From an uncultured Oscillospiraceae bacterium (GTDB lineage: Bacteria > Bacillota > Clostridia > Oscillospirales > Oscillospiraceae), in the NCBI GenBank assembly GCA_947630345.1, contig CANRHF010000001.1, positions 5,341 to 69,340 of the forward strand: DNA of 64,000 bases, in the 5' to 3' direction. The translations under genes were made by a program, and so were the position numbers. Below the pieces are notes generated by a model, which worked only from the letters and a program-made list of their open reading frames with translations, was not told where the DNA came from and searched no databases. Below are positions 52,430-63,661 of this stretch, piece by piece (position 1 is the first letter of the stretch; every line of letters begins with the position of its first letter).

Positions 52430-54949
52430 TTAGACGTCATATTTCGCGGCCAACTGGGCCGGCGGCATCCCCAGCAGCCGCACCAGCGGCAGCGCCGTCA
52501 CCAAAAGATAGTACCCGCAGATAGCAAGTCCTACCACCAGCGCCGCCTGCCAGGGCAGCTCAATGGGCAGAGCCAGCTCCTTGGTTCCGTTGGCCAGGGT
52601 CACCCCTGCGCACAGCAGCACGGCCGTGGGAAGCACCGTTTCCAGCGCCGCGAACAGCGACTCCATGAGGAAAATGCCATGGAGCTTCCGCCGGGGGATC
52701 CCCAGCAGTCGGTACACCGCCAGCAGCTCCAGCCGGCTCTGGGCCTGGGTCCGGCACAGCAGGTAGAGCATCACCAGGCACAGCGCGATCACCGTCACCG
52801 TGACGATGGTCCGGGCGTCCGCCCGGATCTGGGCGGCCTGGGTGTAGGCGTCCATCTGCTCCTGGTACACGTCATGGACCGACACGGTCAGAAATCCCGC
52901 CTCCTGATCGGGGGTTTTCTGCGCCAGATGGGCCTTTACCGCCTGCTTATCGGCGCAGTAAACCTGGACCTGGGACTTGGAATTGATCAGTGCGCTGTTG
53001 TAGACCATGGTTTCCGCCCGGCTGTCCGGGATCACCAGAAAAGCGCTGAGACCCTCTTCCTCTACAAAATCCTTGATCTCGAATCGATTATTGCCGAAGC
53101 TGTAAATCCGCCCTTTGTGATTTCTGTAGATTTTTCCTGCGCTGGGCAGGTTGACATAGCACTCGTCATCCTCCAGCGTCAAGTCTTCGTATTGCCCCGG
53201 GTACTGGGCCTGAAATTCCGACAGGGTGATCACATTGCCACCGCTGGCGCAGATCGACGCCATGGTCGACATTTCCATATAGACCGACCGCTCGCCGCTG
53301 TCGCAAATCCCCACGATGGTTACATGAAAGTTCCGCTTTGGGTAGTCAAACTGATTATTCAGAAAGTACGACACGTTGGTCAGATAGTTCTGCACCAGGC
53401 CGTCGTTCTTGAGAATGGCCTCCAGCACCAGCCGGTCCACCACGATCTCCTCCCGGTTCTGGGGCATCCGGCCATAGATCAGGGTGTTCGGGTCCAGCCG
53501 GTCCAGGTGGACATAGGAAAACTCCGGCACACTGATGGTACTCCTTTCCAGCTGGAAAAACGTGCGCACGGCGATGGTGGGCGGTTCCGGCACGCTGGGC
53601 AGGAAGACCAGGTCGAAATCCGTCTTTTCCAGGTCATCCAGATACTGCTGGCGGATCTCGTCCGGTGTGCGGTTCATTAGTAGAATGGAGTCTTCCGGAT
53701 TTTCCGGATCAAAGCTATCCGCGTCCAGGTTCTGGCCCTGGGCCAGGGTCAGCCGCACCACATGGGAATCGGTGGTGATGAAATCCTCGGGATCGACCTT
53801 GGACAGCGCCAGATAGTCTCCCGTCATCCACAACGTCAGGGCGGTGAGCAACACCAGAAACAGCTTGATGCCCATGCGGCGCATTCCCTTGCCCTTTTTC
53901 AGGGTGCGGGCCTCCCGGAACATCATGGGCAGGGTAACGCCCTTCCCCGGAGGCGCGGGCGGCGCCGGCTTATCCCGGAACAGCGCCGTCTGGGACTGGT
54001 TCTGCCGGTCCACCTCTTCCAGCGTCAGCACCGGGGCTCCCCCCTTGATGATCTTGGGGGCCTCCTCCGGCCCGCCCAGCTGGATATTGCGGCTGTCCGT
54101 CAGCTTGATGACGATCCGATCCTTCAGCACCGCCACGGTCACGTCCGCCGGGTCCGCTCCCGGCTCCTGGAGCAGCCGCAGCTTCACGCAGCCCTCCACC
54201 GCCCGGGCATCGTCCAGGCCCTTGGTGTACACCGCCTGGTCATGGTCGATCTCCAGATTCTCCCGCTCCCAGCTTTGATCGTCGGACGCGATTTTGCCGT
54301 CCCGGAGGGTGATGATCCGGTCGGCAAAGAACCGGGCGATCCGCTCCTCATGGGTCACCATGATCACCAGACTCTCTTTGGACGCCTGGCGGAGCAGGGT
54401 GCAGATATTCCGGGTGTTGGCCTCGTCCAGGTTGCCGGTGGGCTCATCGGCAAAGATCACTCGGGGCCGCCGGGCCAGGGCCCGGGCGATGGCCACCCGC
54501 TGCTGCTGGCCGCCGGAGAGCTCCCCCACGGTGCGGTGGATAAACCGCTCCATGTCCACCGCCGCCAGGGCCTGACGGACCCGCTGGAGCTTCTCGGCAT
54601 GGGAAAGCCGGAGGCTGTGGAGGCCCAGATAGACGTTATAGGCGGCGCTGTGGTTTTCCAAAAGGTAGTAATTTTGAAAAATATAGCCGAAATTCCGGTC
54701 CCGCTCCATTTCATAGGCCCGGGTGCCGTAGCGCTGGACCTTCACATTTTCCGTGGAGAGGCTGCCGCTGTCAAACCGGTCCAGACCGCCCACGGCGTTG
54801 AGCAGGCTGGTCTTGCCGCAGCCCGAGGGGCCCAGGATGCACACAAAGCCCTTGCTTGGCAGGGAGAAGGAGACGTCCTTCAGCACCCGGTTTTCCCCGT
54901 CATGCCGCCGCCGGCCATAGGTTTTGTTCAGCTCTTGTACCCGAATCAT
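52430..54949 (-). CDS. MacB-like ABC ATPase-permease fusion
   Basis: GPSGCGKT, LSGGQQQR, ADEPTGNLD; periplasmic-type domain and FtsX-like TM end. Confidence 0.9.
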   Translation of the reverse strand: MIRVQELNKTYGRRRHDGENRVLKDVSFSLPSKGFVCILGPSGCGKTSLLNAVGGLDRFDSGSLSTENVKVQRYGTRAYEMERDRNFGYIFQNYYLLENHSAAYNVYLGLHSLRLSHAEKLQRVRQALAAVDMERFIHRTVGELSGGQQQRVAIARALARRPRVIFADEPTGNLDEANTRNICTLLRQASKESLVIMVTHEERIARFFADRIITLRDGKIASDDQSWERENLEIDHDQAVYTKGLDDARAVEGCVKLRLLQEPGADPADVTVAVLKDRIVIKLTDSRNIQLGGPEEAPKIIKGGAPVLTLEEVDRQNQSQTALFRDKPAPPAPPGKGVTLPMMFREARTLKKGKGMRRMGIKLFLVLLTALTLWMTGDYLALSKVDPEDFITTDSHVVRLTLAQGQNLDADSFDPENPEDSILLMNRTPDEIRQQYLDDLEKTDFDLVFLPSVPEPPTIAVRTFFQLERSTISVPEFSYVHLDRLDPNTLIYGRMPQNREEIVVDRLVLEAILKNDGLVQNYLTNVSYFLNNQFDYPKRNFHVTIVGICDSGERSVYMEMSTMASICASGGNVITLSEFQAQYPGQYEDLTLEDDECYVNLPSAGKIYRNHKGRIYSFGNNRFEIKDFVEEEGLSAFLVIPDSRAETMVYNSALINSKSQVQVYCADKQAVKAHLAQKTPDQEAGFLTVSVHDVYQEQMDAYTQAAQIRADARTIVTVTVIALCLVMLYLLCRTQAQSRLELLAVYRLLGIPRRKLHGIFLMESLFAALETVLPTAVLLCAGVTLANGTKELALPIELPWQAALVVGLAICGYYLLVTALPLVRLLGMPPAQLAAKYDV

Positions 54950-57207
54950 AGGTTCTCCTCCTTTCCTTCCTCCAAATTCAGGTCCCGATTTTTACCGGCC
55001 AGAGGATAGACCTGCTTTTCCATGCTCCGGATCACCAGCAGGGCCGAGAGCAGAGAAGCCACCAGGTGGACCCCGGAGAGGACCAGCACATAAGGAAGCG
55101 GCAGGTAGCGGAGCATTTCCTCAATACGCTTCACGCCGTTGCAGCCGCACATCCAGACCGCCGCGCCGCCAACCAGCTGCCCCAGCAGGGTGAAAAGCAT
55201 CATCTGCCACAGCACCGAGGCCCGGGCGGTCCGGCTGGTCAGACCGATGTTGCTCAGGATCCGGAAGCTCTCCGTCTGCACCGAGAACAGCGCCCGGAGC
55301 AGCACAATTTGCAGCGCCACCACCGCGATCAGGGCCGTCAGGCAGATCTGGAGGGTCTGCATCCGCTCCGCCGCCAGCTCCGGCACCTGCTTGGTGGCGC
55401 CCAGCCGGTAGGGCGAGGCGGCGATATAGCCCATGGACTGGATCTGCTCCAGAATCCGGTCTGTATAGGCATAGTCGGAAATAGTCAGGCTCACCTGCTC
55501 GCTGACAAGGCCGCCGGTGAGGGCCTCAAAGCTCTCCGAATCGACCATCAGCAATCGACTGTTGAAAAGGCCATGGCTGTTTTCCATCGGACTCTTCCTG
55601 TCCTTCGCCACCAAAGTCAGCTCCGTGGTGCCCTGAGCCAGCAGCTCCGGGTCGGTAACCGGCAGGGTCAGCACAACTTTTTCTATCCGGTTCAGATTTT
55701 CCATCTCGGACGCGCTGCAAAGGAAGGTCCCCTTCTCCAGTTGGTCCGCAGCCTGGGAGTCCTGGGGAAGGTAGCAATAAGTCTCCTGGGTTGCCTGCAT
55801 GGCGCTCATCAGGAACCGGCCCACGGACTCGTGAAAGTACACGCCCTTGCCCCAGCCGGTAGCGCCAACCACCCGGAAGTCCAGCCAAATGATATTGTCC
55901 GTGGACCACCTGGCCGGGGCGTAAAAGCCCACATGAATGGTCTGGCCGACGCTGGGCCCGCCAGGCCCGGCCACCACCTCGTAGAAGTTTTCCGGCAGCC
56001 TTCCGGACTTTAGAAATTCTCTGCCGCCGGAAAGCAGCGGGATCGTCTGGGTATAAGGGGCGCTTTCATTGACGGTATAGTGGGTCGTAACGAAATGCTG
56101 CTCATACCATACTCCGATCTGCTGGTGGTTGACGATCGTCCGATAGTCAACGCCCTCCCGGTAGGCATACTGGACATCGCTGACGTACCCATTGGGCTCC
56201 AGACTGGAGACCTCCTTCACCGCCAGCAGGGCGTCGTAGTCCTCCTGGGTCATGGGGCTGCCGTCCAAGGTGCCCACCACGATCCGAGTCGTGCTTCCGT
56301 TGGGGAAGGCGGAGGAATCATAGCGGTAGGTGGAGGTGTCGTCCAGATTGATGATGAACACCCCCAGGAAGGCAAACACGGCAAAGGCCGTCAGGGTGAA
56401 GAAAACCGCCACAGAGGCGGCCCAAACGGGCCTGCTGCCGGTCTGTAGCCCCGCCACATACAGGCTCAGGGAGCGTTTTTTCCGCTGAGGTGTGCGGATG
56501 GCGCCGGGCTCGTTGGCCGGTCGGAGGGCGGTGTCCGTCACCACCAGTCCGTCCCGCAGGACGATGTGCCGGGTGGCCAGGTCCTCCGCCTCGGGAAATT
56601 CGTGGGTCACCAGGATCACCAGCCGGTCCTTGGCGGCCTGGGCCAGCAATTCGATAATTTTCGCGCTGTTTTCCGCGTCCAGGTTGCCGGTGGGCTCGTC
56701 GGCAATCAAAATGGGGGCGGGCTTTGCCAGGGCCCGAGCGATGCTGAGCCGCTGCTTCTGGCCGCTGGACAGCTTCGCCGCCCGACGGCGGCGCAGCTCC
56801 CACAGCTCCACCTGCCGGAGGATCTTTTCCGCCGCCCCTTTGGCCTCCCGTTTCCCCATGCCGGAGAGCAGCAGGGCGCTGATCACGTTCTTCTGCACCG
56901 TGGCGCCGGGGAGGATGCCGTAATTTTGAGAAATGAAGCTGATATTGTCCCGGCGGTAGCGCTCCCAATCCAGGGAATCAAAATGGGAGGTGGGACTGCC
57001 GCGGAAGTACATCTCGCCGTTCTCATAGGGCAGAATGCCCCCCAGGACATGGGCCAGGGTGGACTTGCCGCTGCCGCTTTCGCCGGTAATAGCCACAAAT
57101 TCTCCCCGGGAGAAGCTCAGATCCACACCGGCAAGGCCCATGACCACCGCCTGTGCGCCGGTATAGTACTTCTTGATGTCCTTTAATACAAGAATTTTGT
57201 CTTCCAT
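54946..57207 (-). CDS. MacB-like ABC ATPase-permease fusion
   Basis: GESGSGKS, LSSGQKQR, ADEPTGNLD; TM C-terminus. Confidence 0.9.
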   Translation of the reverse strand: MEDKILVLKDIKKYYTGAQAVVMGLAGVDLSFSRGEFVAITGESGSGKSTLAHVLGGILPYENGEMYFRGSPTSHFDSLDWERYRRDNISFISQNYGILPGATVQKNVISALLLSGMGKREAKGAAEKILRQVELWELRRRRAAKLSSGQKQRLSIARALAKPAPILIADEPTGNLDAENSAKIIELLAQAAKDRLVILVTHEFPEAEDLATRHIVLRDGLVVTDTALRPANEPGAIRTPQRKKRSLSLYVAGLQTGSRPVWAASVAVFFTLTAFAVFAFLGVFIINLDDTSTYRYDSSAFPNGSTTRIVVGTLDGSPMTQEDYDALLAVKEVSSLEPNGYVSDVQYAYREGVDYRTIVNHQQIGVWYEQHFVTTHYTVNESAPYTQTIPLLSGGREFLKSGRLPENFYEVVAGPGGPSVGQTIHVGFYAPARWSTDNIIWLDFRVVGATGWGKGVYFHESVGRFLMSAMQATQETYCYLPQDSQAADQLEKGTFLCSASEMENLNRIEKVVLTLPVTDPELLAQGTTELTLVAKDRKSPMENSHGLFNSRLLMVDSESFEALTGGLVSEQVSLTISDYAYTDRILEQIQSMGYIAASPYRLGATKQVPELAAERMQTLQICLTALIAVVALQIVLLRALFSVQTESFRILSNIGLTSRTARASVLWQMMLFTLLGQLVGGAAVWMCGCNGVKRIEEMLRYLPLPYVLVLSGVHLVASLLSALLVIRSMEKQVYPLAGKNRDLNLEEGKEENL

Positions 57208-57238
57208 ATGCGCTCACCTCCGCGTAAATAGTTGTAGT

Positions 57239-57267
57239 ATTATAGCATGTCCCCCAGGGAAATGCAA
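57239..57267 (-). promoter_or_regulatory. Sigma-A promoter of the ABC operon
   Basis: TTGCAT-17-TATAAT with extended TG. Confidence 0.7.
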
Positions 57268-57413
57268 CCGTTTTTCCAATTTTTATTCATAAATTCATGG
57301 TTTTCTCTCATTGTTTGTGATCTGTGGACAAATTTTTAAAAGCAGAATCCCTCCGTGGACAATTGAAAAAGTTGCCCAAATCCTATCGCCGAAGAGGGCC
57401 GCCGGACATACGG

Positions 57414-57448
57414 AAAAGGCTCCGGCGGGAAAGCGCCGAAGCCTTTTT
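57414..57448. terminator. Bidirectional terminator after rplQ
   Basis: AAAAGGCTCCGGCG/CGCCGAAGCCTTTT. Confidence 0.65.
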
Positions 57449-57493
57449 ATGATCTTGTTGCCGTCCCGGCTCCGTGCCCCTTGGGGCGGGCCG

Positions 57494-57835
57494 TTACACC
57501 AGCTCGATGACCGCCATCTCGGCGGCGTCCCCCCGGCGGGGGCCGGTACGGGTCACCCGGGTGTAGCCGCCGTTCCGGTCGGCGTACTTGGGGGCGATCT
57601 CATTAAACAGCTTGTGGACGGTATCTTCCTTGGTCATATAGGCCATGGCCCTGCGGTAAGCGGCCAGGTTGCCCTTCTTGCCCAGGGAGATCATCTTCTC
57701 CGCCACGGGCTGCACCTCTTTGGCGCGGTAGAAGGTGGTCTCCAGCTTGCCGCCTTCCAGCAGATCCGTCACCTGCTGCCGGAGCAGGGCCCTCCTCTGT
57801 TCGCTGGTCTTCCCCAGCTTACGAGTGCCGAACAT
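57494..57835 (-). CDS. rplQ: 50S ribosomal protein L17
   Basis: [31 protein letters not shown]. Confidence 0.97.
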   Translation of the reverse strand: MFGTRKLGKTSEQRRALLRQQVTDLLEGGKLETTFYRAKEVQPVAEKMISLGKKGNLAAYRRAMAYMTKEDTVHKLFNEIAPKYADRNGGYTRVTRTGPRRGDAAEMAVIELV

Positions 57836-57867
57836 GAACATTTCCTCCTTTATACAAGGTTGAGACT

Positions 57868-58827
57868 TTAATTGTTTCCGCTGCTGTCCTCGCTGGCCAG
57901 GGACAGGCCCATCATTTCCAGCTTCTTCTGGACCTCGTCCAGGGACTTCTTGCCCATATTCCGAACCTTCATCATGTCCTCCCCGGTCTTGTTGATCAGG
58001 TCGGCCACGGTGTTGATGTTGGCCCGCTTCAGGCAGTTGAAGCTGCGCACGGACAGGTCCAGCTCGTCAATGGTCATGGACAGCTTGGTATCCGGCCGGT
58101 CGGAGGTCTTCTCCACCACCGTCGAACCGGTGCTGACATTGTCGGACAGGTTGGTGAACACCGTCAGATGGTCGGACAGGATCCGGGCCCCCAGAGAGAC
58201 CGCGTCCTTTGCGGAGATGGTGGCGTCGGTCCAGACCTCCAGCGTCAGCTTATCGTAATCGGTCCGATCCCCTACCCGGGTGGGCTCCACGGCGTAGTTC
58301 ACCTTTTTCACCGGGGAGTAGATGGAATCCACAGGGATCACGCCGATGGGTGTCTGGGGCGTCTTGTTCTGCTCCGCGGGGACATAGCCCCGGCCCTGAG
58401 AAAGGGTGATCTCCATATTCAGCGAAGCGTCCGGGCCCAGGGTACACAGCCGAAGCTCCGGATTGAGGATCTCCACATCGCTGTCCACCTTGATATCGCC
58501 GGCAGTCACTACGCAGGGGCCCACCGTATCCAGATACACGGTCTTGGGGCCCTGGCTGTGGAGCTTGACGATCATCCGCTTCACGTTGAGGACGATTTCG
58601 GTGACGTCCTCCTTCACCCCAGGGATGGTGGAAAACTCATGCTGCACCCCCGCGATCTTGATGGCGGTGGCGGCATATCCCGGCAGACTGGACAGCAGAA
58701 TGCGGCGCAGGGAGTTGCCCAAAGTCATTCCGTAGCCCCGCTCCAGCGGCTCCACAACGTACTTGCCGTAGGACGGATCGTCTACATTGTCCAAGCAGTT
58801 GATGCGGGGCTTTTCAATTTCTACCAT
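57868..58827 (-). CDS. rpoA: RNA polymerase alpha subunit
   Basis: [22 protein letters not shown]; [12 protein letters not shown]. Confidence 0.99.
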   Translation of the reverse strand: MVEIEKPRINCLDNVDDPSYGKYVVEPLERGYGMTLGNSLRRILLSSLPGYAATAIKIAGVQHEFSTIPGVKEDVTEIVLNVKRMIVKLHSQGPKTVYLDTVGPCVVTAGDIKVDSDVEILNPELRLCTLGPDASLNMEITLSQGRGYVPAEQNKTPQTPIGVIPVDSIYSPVKKVNYAVEPTRVGDRTDYDKLTLEVWTDATISAKDAVSLGARILSDHLTVFTNLSDNVSTGSTVVEKTSDRPDTKLSMTIDELDLSVRSFNCLKRANINTVADLINKTGEDMMKVRNMGKKSLDEVQKKLEMMGLSLASEDSSGNN

Positions 58828-58897
58828 GAATCATAACCCTCCTTCTCATGCGCGGCCAGGTTGGCCGCTGATACGAACACGGACAGTGGAAGGCCGA

Positions 58898-59494
58898 TTA
58901 CTTGGAGTACAGCTCGACGATCAGATGCTCGGCGATCTCGAAGTCGATGTCCGCCTTGGTCGGCATTGCGATGACCTTCCCAGTGAGGGTATTTTTATCA
59001 CGGTCAAGCCACTTGGGGGCGGCCACAAAGGCGTCGTCCTCCTTGAGCTTCTTAAAGAAGGCGTTGGAAGCGCTCTTCTCACACACAGCTACCACGTCCC
59101 CGTCCTTCACCAGGAAGCTGGGGATGTTGACCCGCTTGCCGTTGACGGTGAAGTGGCCATGGTTCACCAGCTGACGGGCCTGCCGGCGGGTGTTGCCGAA
59201 GCCCAGGCGATAGACCACGTTGTCCAGGCGGCGCTCCACGAAGCTCAGCAGCACCTCGCCGGTGTTGCCCTCGGCCCGGGTGGCCTTGTCATAGTAGTTG
59301 CGGAACTGCTTTTCCTGGATGCCGTAGACGAATTTCACCTTCTGCTTCTCGGTGAGCTGGGTGGCATATTCGGACTTCTTCGCCCGACGCTGGCCGCCGG
59401 GATTCCGGTTGGAGCTGCGGGTATAACCCATGGCGGCGGGAGAAACGCCCAGCGTTCTGCAACGCTTGACCACAGGCTGCATATTCTTAGCCAT
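58898..59494 (-). CDS. rpsD: 30S ribosomal protein S4
   Basis: RLDNVVYRLG, ARQLVNHGH, IVELYSK. Confidence 0.98.
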   Translation of the reverse strand: MAKNMQPVVKRCRTLGVSPAAMGYTRSSNRNPGGQRRAKKSEYATQLTEKQKVKFVYGIQEKQFRNYYDKATRAEGNTGEVLLSFVERRLDNVVYRLGFGNTRRQARQLVNHGHFTVNGKRVNIPSFLVKDGDVVAVCEKSASNAFFKKLKEDDAFVAAPKWLDRDKNTLTGKVIAMPTKADIDFEIAEHLIVELYSK

Positions 59495-59519
59495 ATCGCA
59501 AAATTCCTCCTATTGAAAA

Positions 59520-59918
59520 TCAGACGCGGCGGCGCTTGGGGGGACGGCAGCCATTGTGGGCAATGGGGGTGACGTCCTTGATCATGACGACCTCCAGACC
59601 GGCGGTCTGCAGGGCGCGGATGGCAGCCTCCCGGCCCTGGCCGGGGCCCTTGACGTAGACCTCGACGGTCTTCAGGCCATACTCCATGGCGGCCTTGGCG
59701 GCAGTCTCCGCCGCGGTCTGGGCGGCGAAGGGGGTGGATTTCCGGGAGCCTCGGAAGCCCAGTCCGCCGGAGGAGGCCCAGCTCAGAGCGTTGCCCTCCA
59801 GGTCGGTGATGGTGACCATGGTATTGTTGAAGGAGGAACGGATATGGGCCGCGCCCTTCTCAACGACTTTCCGCTCGCGGCGGCGCTTGACGACTTTCTT
59901 CGTATTCTTAGCAGCCAT
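59520..59918 (-). CDS. rpsK: 30S ribosomal protein S11
   Basis: [26 protein letters not shown]. Confidence 0.99.
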   Translation of the reverse strand: MAAKNTKKVVKRRRERKVVEKGAAHIRSSFNNTMVTITDLEGNALSWASSGGLGFRGSRKSTPFAAQTAAETAAKAAMEYGLKTVEVYVKGPGQGREAAIRALQTAGLEVVMIKDVTPIAHNGCRPPKRRRV

Positions 59919-59931
59919 ACTTTATCCCTCC

Positions 59932-60300
59932 TTACTTCTTCTTGTTGGCGATGGTCTTCTTGGGGCCCTTCCGGGTCCGGGCGTTGGTCTTGGTCCGCTG
60001 GCCGTGGACCGGCAGACCCCGGCGGTGCCGGATGCCCCGATAGCAGCCGATCTCGGTGAGCCGCTTGATGTTCAGCGCGGTCTCCCGGCGCAGATCGCCC
60101 TCGATGGTGTAGTGATGCTCGATGGCGTCCCGGAGCTTGGCCTCCTGATCCTCGGTCAGATCCTTCACCCTGGTGTCGGGGTTGATCTCCGTGACCTGGA
60201 GGATGTGGGCGGCGCGGGTGGGTCCGATGCCGTAGATATAAGTCAGTGCGACCTCGATCCGCTTGTCGCGGGGCAGGTCAATACCAGAAATACGTGCCAT
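59932..60300 (-). CDS. rpsM: 30S ribosomal protein S13
   Basis: [22 protein letters not shown]. Confidence 0.99.
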   Translation of the reverse strand: MARISGIDLPRDKRIEVALTYIYGIGPTRAAHILQVTEINPDTRVKDLTEDQEAKLRDAIEHHYTIEGDLRRETALNIKRLTEIGCYRGIRHRRGLPVHGQRTKTNARTRKGPKKTIANKKK

Positions 60301-60316
60301 ATCCTTTCGCGCCTCC

Positions 60317-60430
60317 TCAGCCCTGTCTCTGCTTGTGCTTGGGGTTTTCGCAAATTACCATGACGCGACCCTTGCGCTTGATGATCTTGCATTTTTCGCA
60401 CATGGGTTTAACGGACGGTCTTACTTTCAT
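60317..60430 (-). CDS. rpmJ: 50S ribosomal protein L36 (not in ORF track)
   Basis: [37 protein letters not shown]. Confidence 0.97.
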   Translation of the reverse strand: MKVRPSVKPMCEKCKIIKRKGRVMVICENPKHKQRQG

Positions 60431-60463
60431 ACTGTTTAACCTCCATATGAGAACCTTAAATTG

Positions 60464-60682
60464 TTACTTGCTTCTCCAGGTGATCCGGCCGTGGGTCAGA
60501 TCGTAGGGAGACATTTGCAGGGTTACTTTGTCACCGGGCAAGATCTTGATAAAGTTCATCCTGAGCTTGCCGGAAATGTGCGCCAGAACGGTGTGTCCGT
60601 TCCCGATGTCCACGTTGAACATGGCATTGGGCAGGGCGTCGACCACGATGCCCTCGATTTCAATTACGTCGTCTTTTGCCAA
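60464..60682 (-). CDS. infA: Translation initiation factor IF-1
   Basis: [23 protein letters not shown]. Confidence 0.98.
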   Translation of the reverse strand: MAKDDVIEIEGIVVDALPNAMFNVDIGNGHTVLAHISGKLRMNFIKILPGDKVTLQMSPYDLTHGRITWRSK

Positions 60683-60683
60683 G

Positions 60684-60992
60684 TCAGAAACCTCCCAGGT
60701 CGTTGCTTTGCAGTTCCCGGCTCAGGTAAGCCAGGTCTCTTCGTAATTCGCTGTTTAACACCTTGTCGCCGGTTCGCAGCTTTCCGGCGATCCTGGTCTC
60801 GGGTCGAAGGACTTTTTGAACATGCCGGCGCTTTTTGCGCTTGGGCTTTTCCAGGGTCCGATCCCGGCCGTTGACCAGGTAGAGGAAGTGTTCGTCCATT
60901 TTTAGGACGTAGAAGAGCTTCCCCGCGTCCCGGCCGGCGGTGGCCCGGACCAGATCGGATATGCCTATCTCAGGTTGGTCGGATGTGTCCAT
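60684..60992 (-). CDS. KOW-domain RNA-binding protein (L14e-like)
   Basis: [16 protein letters not shown]; usual position between map and infA in Firmicutes. Confidence 0.85.
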   Translation of the reverse strand: MDTSDQPEIGISDLVRATAGRDAGKLFYVLKMDEHFLYLVNGRDRTLEKPKRKKRRHVQKVLRPETRIAGKLRTGDKVLNSELRRDLAYLSRELQSNDLGGF

Positions 60993-60995
60993 AGA

Positions 60996-61751
60996 TCAAA
61001 GTCCCTCGGTGACGGTGAGTATTTCCGGCTCGCCGCCCGTGATGAGTACAGTATTTTCGTAGTGTGCCGAGAGGGCGCCGTCGGCGGTGACCGTGGTCCA
61101 GTGGTCCTTCAGGACCCGGACCTCGTAGGTGCCCATGTTCACCATGGGTTCCACCGCGATGGTCATTCCGGGGATCAGCCTGGGGCCATGCCCCGGCTCC
61201 CCATAATTCGGTACCTCCGGCTCCTCATGCAGCTGCCGGCCTACGCCGTGACCCACGTATTCCCGGACAACTGAAAAACCGTTAGACTCCACATACGTCT
61301 GGATGGCGTGGGAGATGTCGGAAACGCGATTGCCTCGGGTGGCGAAGCGGATGCCTTGGAAGAAGCTCTCCTTCGTCACGTCGATGAGCTTTCGCGCTTC
61401 GGCGCTGACAGCGCCGCAGGGATAGGTTGCCGCGCAATCTCCATGAAACCCCCCGTAGCAGGCGCCCACATCCACGGAGACGATGTCTCCCTCTTTCAGC
61501 ACATAGTGGTCGGGAATCCCGTGGATCACGGTGCTGTTGACGCTGATGCAGACGCTGGCGGGGTAGCCGCTATAGTGCAGGAACGACGGTTTCGCGCCCT
61601 GACTCACGATGAAATCGTGAACGGCCCGGTCGATGCTTCTGGTGGATACGCCCGGTCTTACCATTTCCCCTGCCAAGGCACGGGCAGCCGCGGTAATTTT
61701 ACAGGCCTTGCGCATCACCTGAAGTTCGTGTTCATTTTTGATCGCGATCAT
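60996..61751 (-). CDS. map: Methionine aminopeptidase
   Basis: HGIP, GHGVG..HEEP, AVEPM, SAHYENT; start at ATGA overlap with adk. Confidence 0.97.
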   Translation of the reverse strand: MIAIKNEHELQVMRKACKITAAARALAGEMVRPGVSTRSIDRAVHDFIVSQGAKPSFLHYSGYPASVCISVNSTVIHGIPDHYVLKEGDIVSVDVGACYGGFHGDCAATYPCGAVSAEARKLIDVTKESFFQGIRFATRGNRVSDISHAIQTYVESNGFSVVREYVGHGVGRQLHEEPEVPNYGEPGHGPRLIPGMTIAVEPMVNMGTYEVRVLKDHWTTVTADGALSAHYENTVLITGGEPEILTVTEGL

Positions 61752-62386
61752 GCCTCTGCTCCTATGGCCGAGAGAATGTCCCGGTTGGCCTGCTCGATGC
61801 TCTGGTCCCCCTGGATCAGCACCAGCTTGCCCTGCCGCTGGTAGTAGGTCTTCAGCACCTCGGTGGAAGCGTGGTAGACCTGCAGCCGCTTGCGGACCGT
61901 CTCGGCCGTATCGTCGGCACGGATAATCAGCTCGCCGCCGCACTCGTCGCAGACTCCCTGGGTTTTGGGAGGATTGGCGGCGATGTGATAGCTGGCGCCG
62001 CAGTTCTTGCAGACCCTGCGGCCGGTCATCCGGCTTTCGATCACTTGATCGTCGATTTCCAGGGAGATCACATGGTCGATGCGGACGCCCATCCGATCCA
62101 GGGCCTCGGCCTGGGCCTGGGTGCGGGGCACCCCATCCAGGATGAAGCCTTTCTCGCAGTCCGGCTTGGCAACCCGCTCTTTGACGATCCCAAGGATCAG
62201 CTCGTCGGGCACCAGCAGTCCGCTGTCCATGTACTGTTTCGCCTGGGCGCCCAGTTCGGTGCCATTCTGGATGGCCTCCCTGAGCATATTCCCGGTGGAA
62301 ATGGCGGGGATCTGGAGCTTCTTCACCAGCAGCTCCGCCTGGGTTCCCTTCCCGGCGCCGGGCGCGCCTAACAGGATGAGATTCAT
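61748..62386 (-). CDS. adk: Adenylate kinase
   Basis: GAPGAGKGTQA, ILDGVPR, Zn LID CKNC..CDEC. Confidence 0.98.
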   Translation of the reverse strand: MNLILLGAPGAGKGTQAELLVKKLQIPAISTGNMLREAIQNGTELGAQAKQYMDSGLLVPDELILGIVKERVAKPDCEKGFILDGVPRTQAQAEALDRMGVRIDHVISLEIDDQVIESRMTGRRVCKNCGASYHIAANPPKTQGVCDECGGELIIRADDTAETVRKRLQVYHASTEVLKTYYQRQGKLVLIQGDQSIEQANRDILSAIGAEA

Positions 62387-62395
62387 AGCCGCTCC

Positions 62396-63661
62396 TTAGT
62401 CCAGGAAGCCCTTGTAATGCCGCATGAGCATCTGGGCCTCCAGCGCCTTCACGGTCTCCAGGGCCACGCCTACCACGATGATGACGGAGGTGCCGCCGAT
62501 GGCCAGGTTGCCCACGGCAGGCATCAGGTCGCCGGCGATGATGGGCAGCAACGCCACAATGGCCAGGTACACCGCGCCAAAGACCAGGATCTTATTGATG
62601 ACCCGCTGGATAAAGTCGGCGGTGGGCTTGCCGGGACGGAAGCCGGGGATAAAGCCGCCGTTCTTCTTCAGGTTGTTGGAGATCTCCACGGGGTCGTACT
62701 GGATGGTGGCGTAGAACCAGCTGAAGAAGAAGATCAGCAGGAAGTAGCACACCGCGTAGAAGGCGCTGTGGGAGCTCATCACATGGACGTACCACCAGTT
62801 GGTCTGGTCGGTGGAGAAGAAGGCGTAGATGGTCGCAGGCAAAGAGGTGATGGAGGAGGCGAAGATCACGGGCATGACGCCGGACATACTGACCTTGATG
62901 GGAAGGTTGGTATTCTGGCCGCCGTAGATCTTCCGGCCCACCACCCGCTTGGCGTACTGGATGGGGATCCGCCGCTCGGCGTCGTTGATGAAGACGATGA
63001 ACACCACCAGCAGAGCCATGGCCACCACCACCAGCAGGATCTGCCACCAGACCATGGCGGCCATCCGGCCGATCATGCCGGGGATGCCGGAGATGATGTT
63101 GGCGAACAGGATCAGGCTGATGCCGTTGCCGATACCGAACTCGGTGATCTGCTCACCCAGCCACATGATGGCGGAGGCGCCGGCAGTGTAGCTCAGAACG
63201 ATCACCACGGCGGGCATCCAACCGGTTCTGGTGAGCATGCCGCTCTGGGAGGCCAGGATGCTGTAGTAGCCCCAGCCCAGCAGCAGCGCCAGACCCACGG
63301 TGGTGTACCGGGTGATTTTCTCGATCTTCTTCTTGCCTTCCTCGCCCTCGTCCTTGGCCATCCGCTCCAGAGCGGGAATGGCCACGGTGAGCAGCTGGAT
63401 GATAATGGAAGCGTTGATATAGGGCTGGATGCCCAGAGCCAGGACCTTGGCCTGGGACAGTCCCTGGCCGGACATGGCATTGAACAGGCCCAGAATCGTG
63501 GTGGACAGGGTGGCCTCAAAGTAGTTGGACAGAGCCTGGGCGTCCACAAAGGGCACCGGAATGACGCTGGCGATCCGGAACACCAGCAGCGCCAGAATGG
63601 TGAAGAGCATCTTCTTGCGCAGCTCGGGGATTCCCCAGGCGTTCTTCAGTGTTTGGATCAC
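62396..63661 (-). CDS. secY: Preprotein translocase SecY
   Basis: LGIQPYINASII, GIGNGISL, FIPGFRPGKPT. Confidence 0.98.
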   Translation of the reverse strand: MIQTLKNAWGIPELRKKMLFTILALLVFRIASVIPVPFVDAQALSNYFEATLSTTILGLFNAMSGQGLSQAKVLALGIQPYINASIIIQLLTVAIPALERMAKDEGEEGKKKIEKITRYTTVGLALLLGWGYYSILASQSGMLTRTGWMPAVVIVLSYTAGASAIMWLGEQITEFGIGNGISLILFANIISGIPGMIGRMAAMVWWQILLVVVAMALLVVFIVFINDAERRIPIQYAKRVVGRKIYGGQNTNLPIKVSMSGVMPVIFASSITSLPATIYAFFSTDQTNWWYVHVMSSHSAFYAVCYFLLIFFFSWFYATIQYDPVEISNNLKKNGGFIPGFRPGKPTADFIQRVINKILVFGAVYLAIVALLPIIAGDLMPAVGNLAIGGTSVIIVVGVALETVKALEAQMLMRHYKGFLD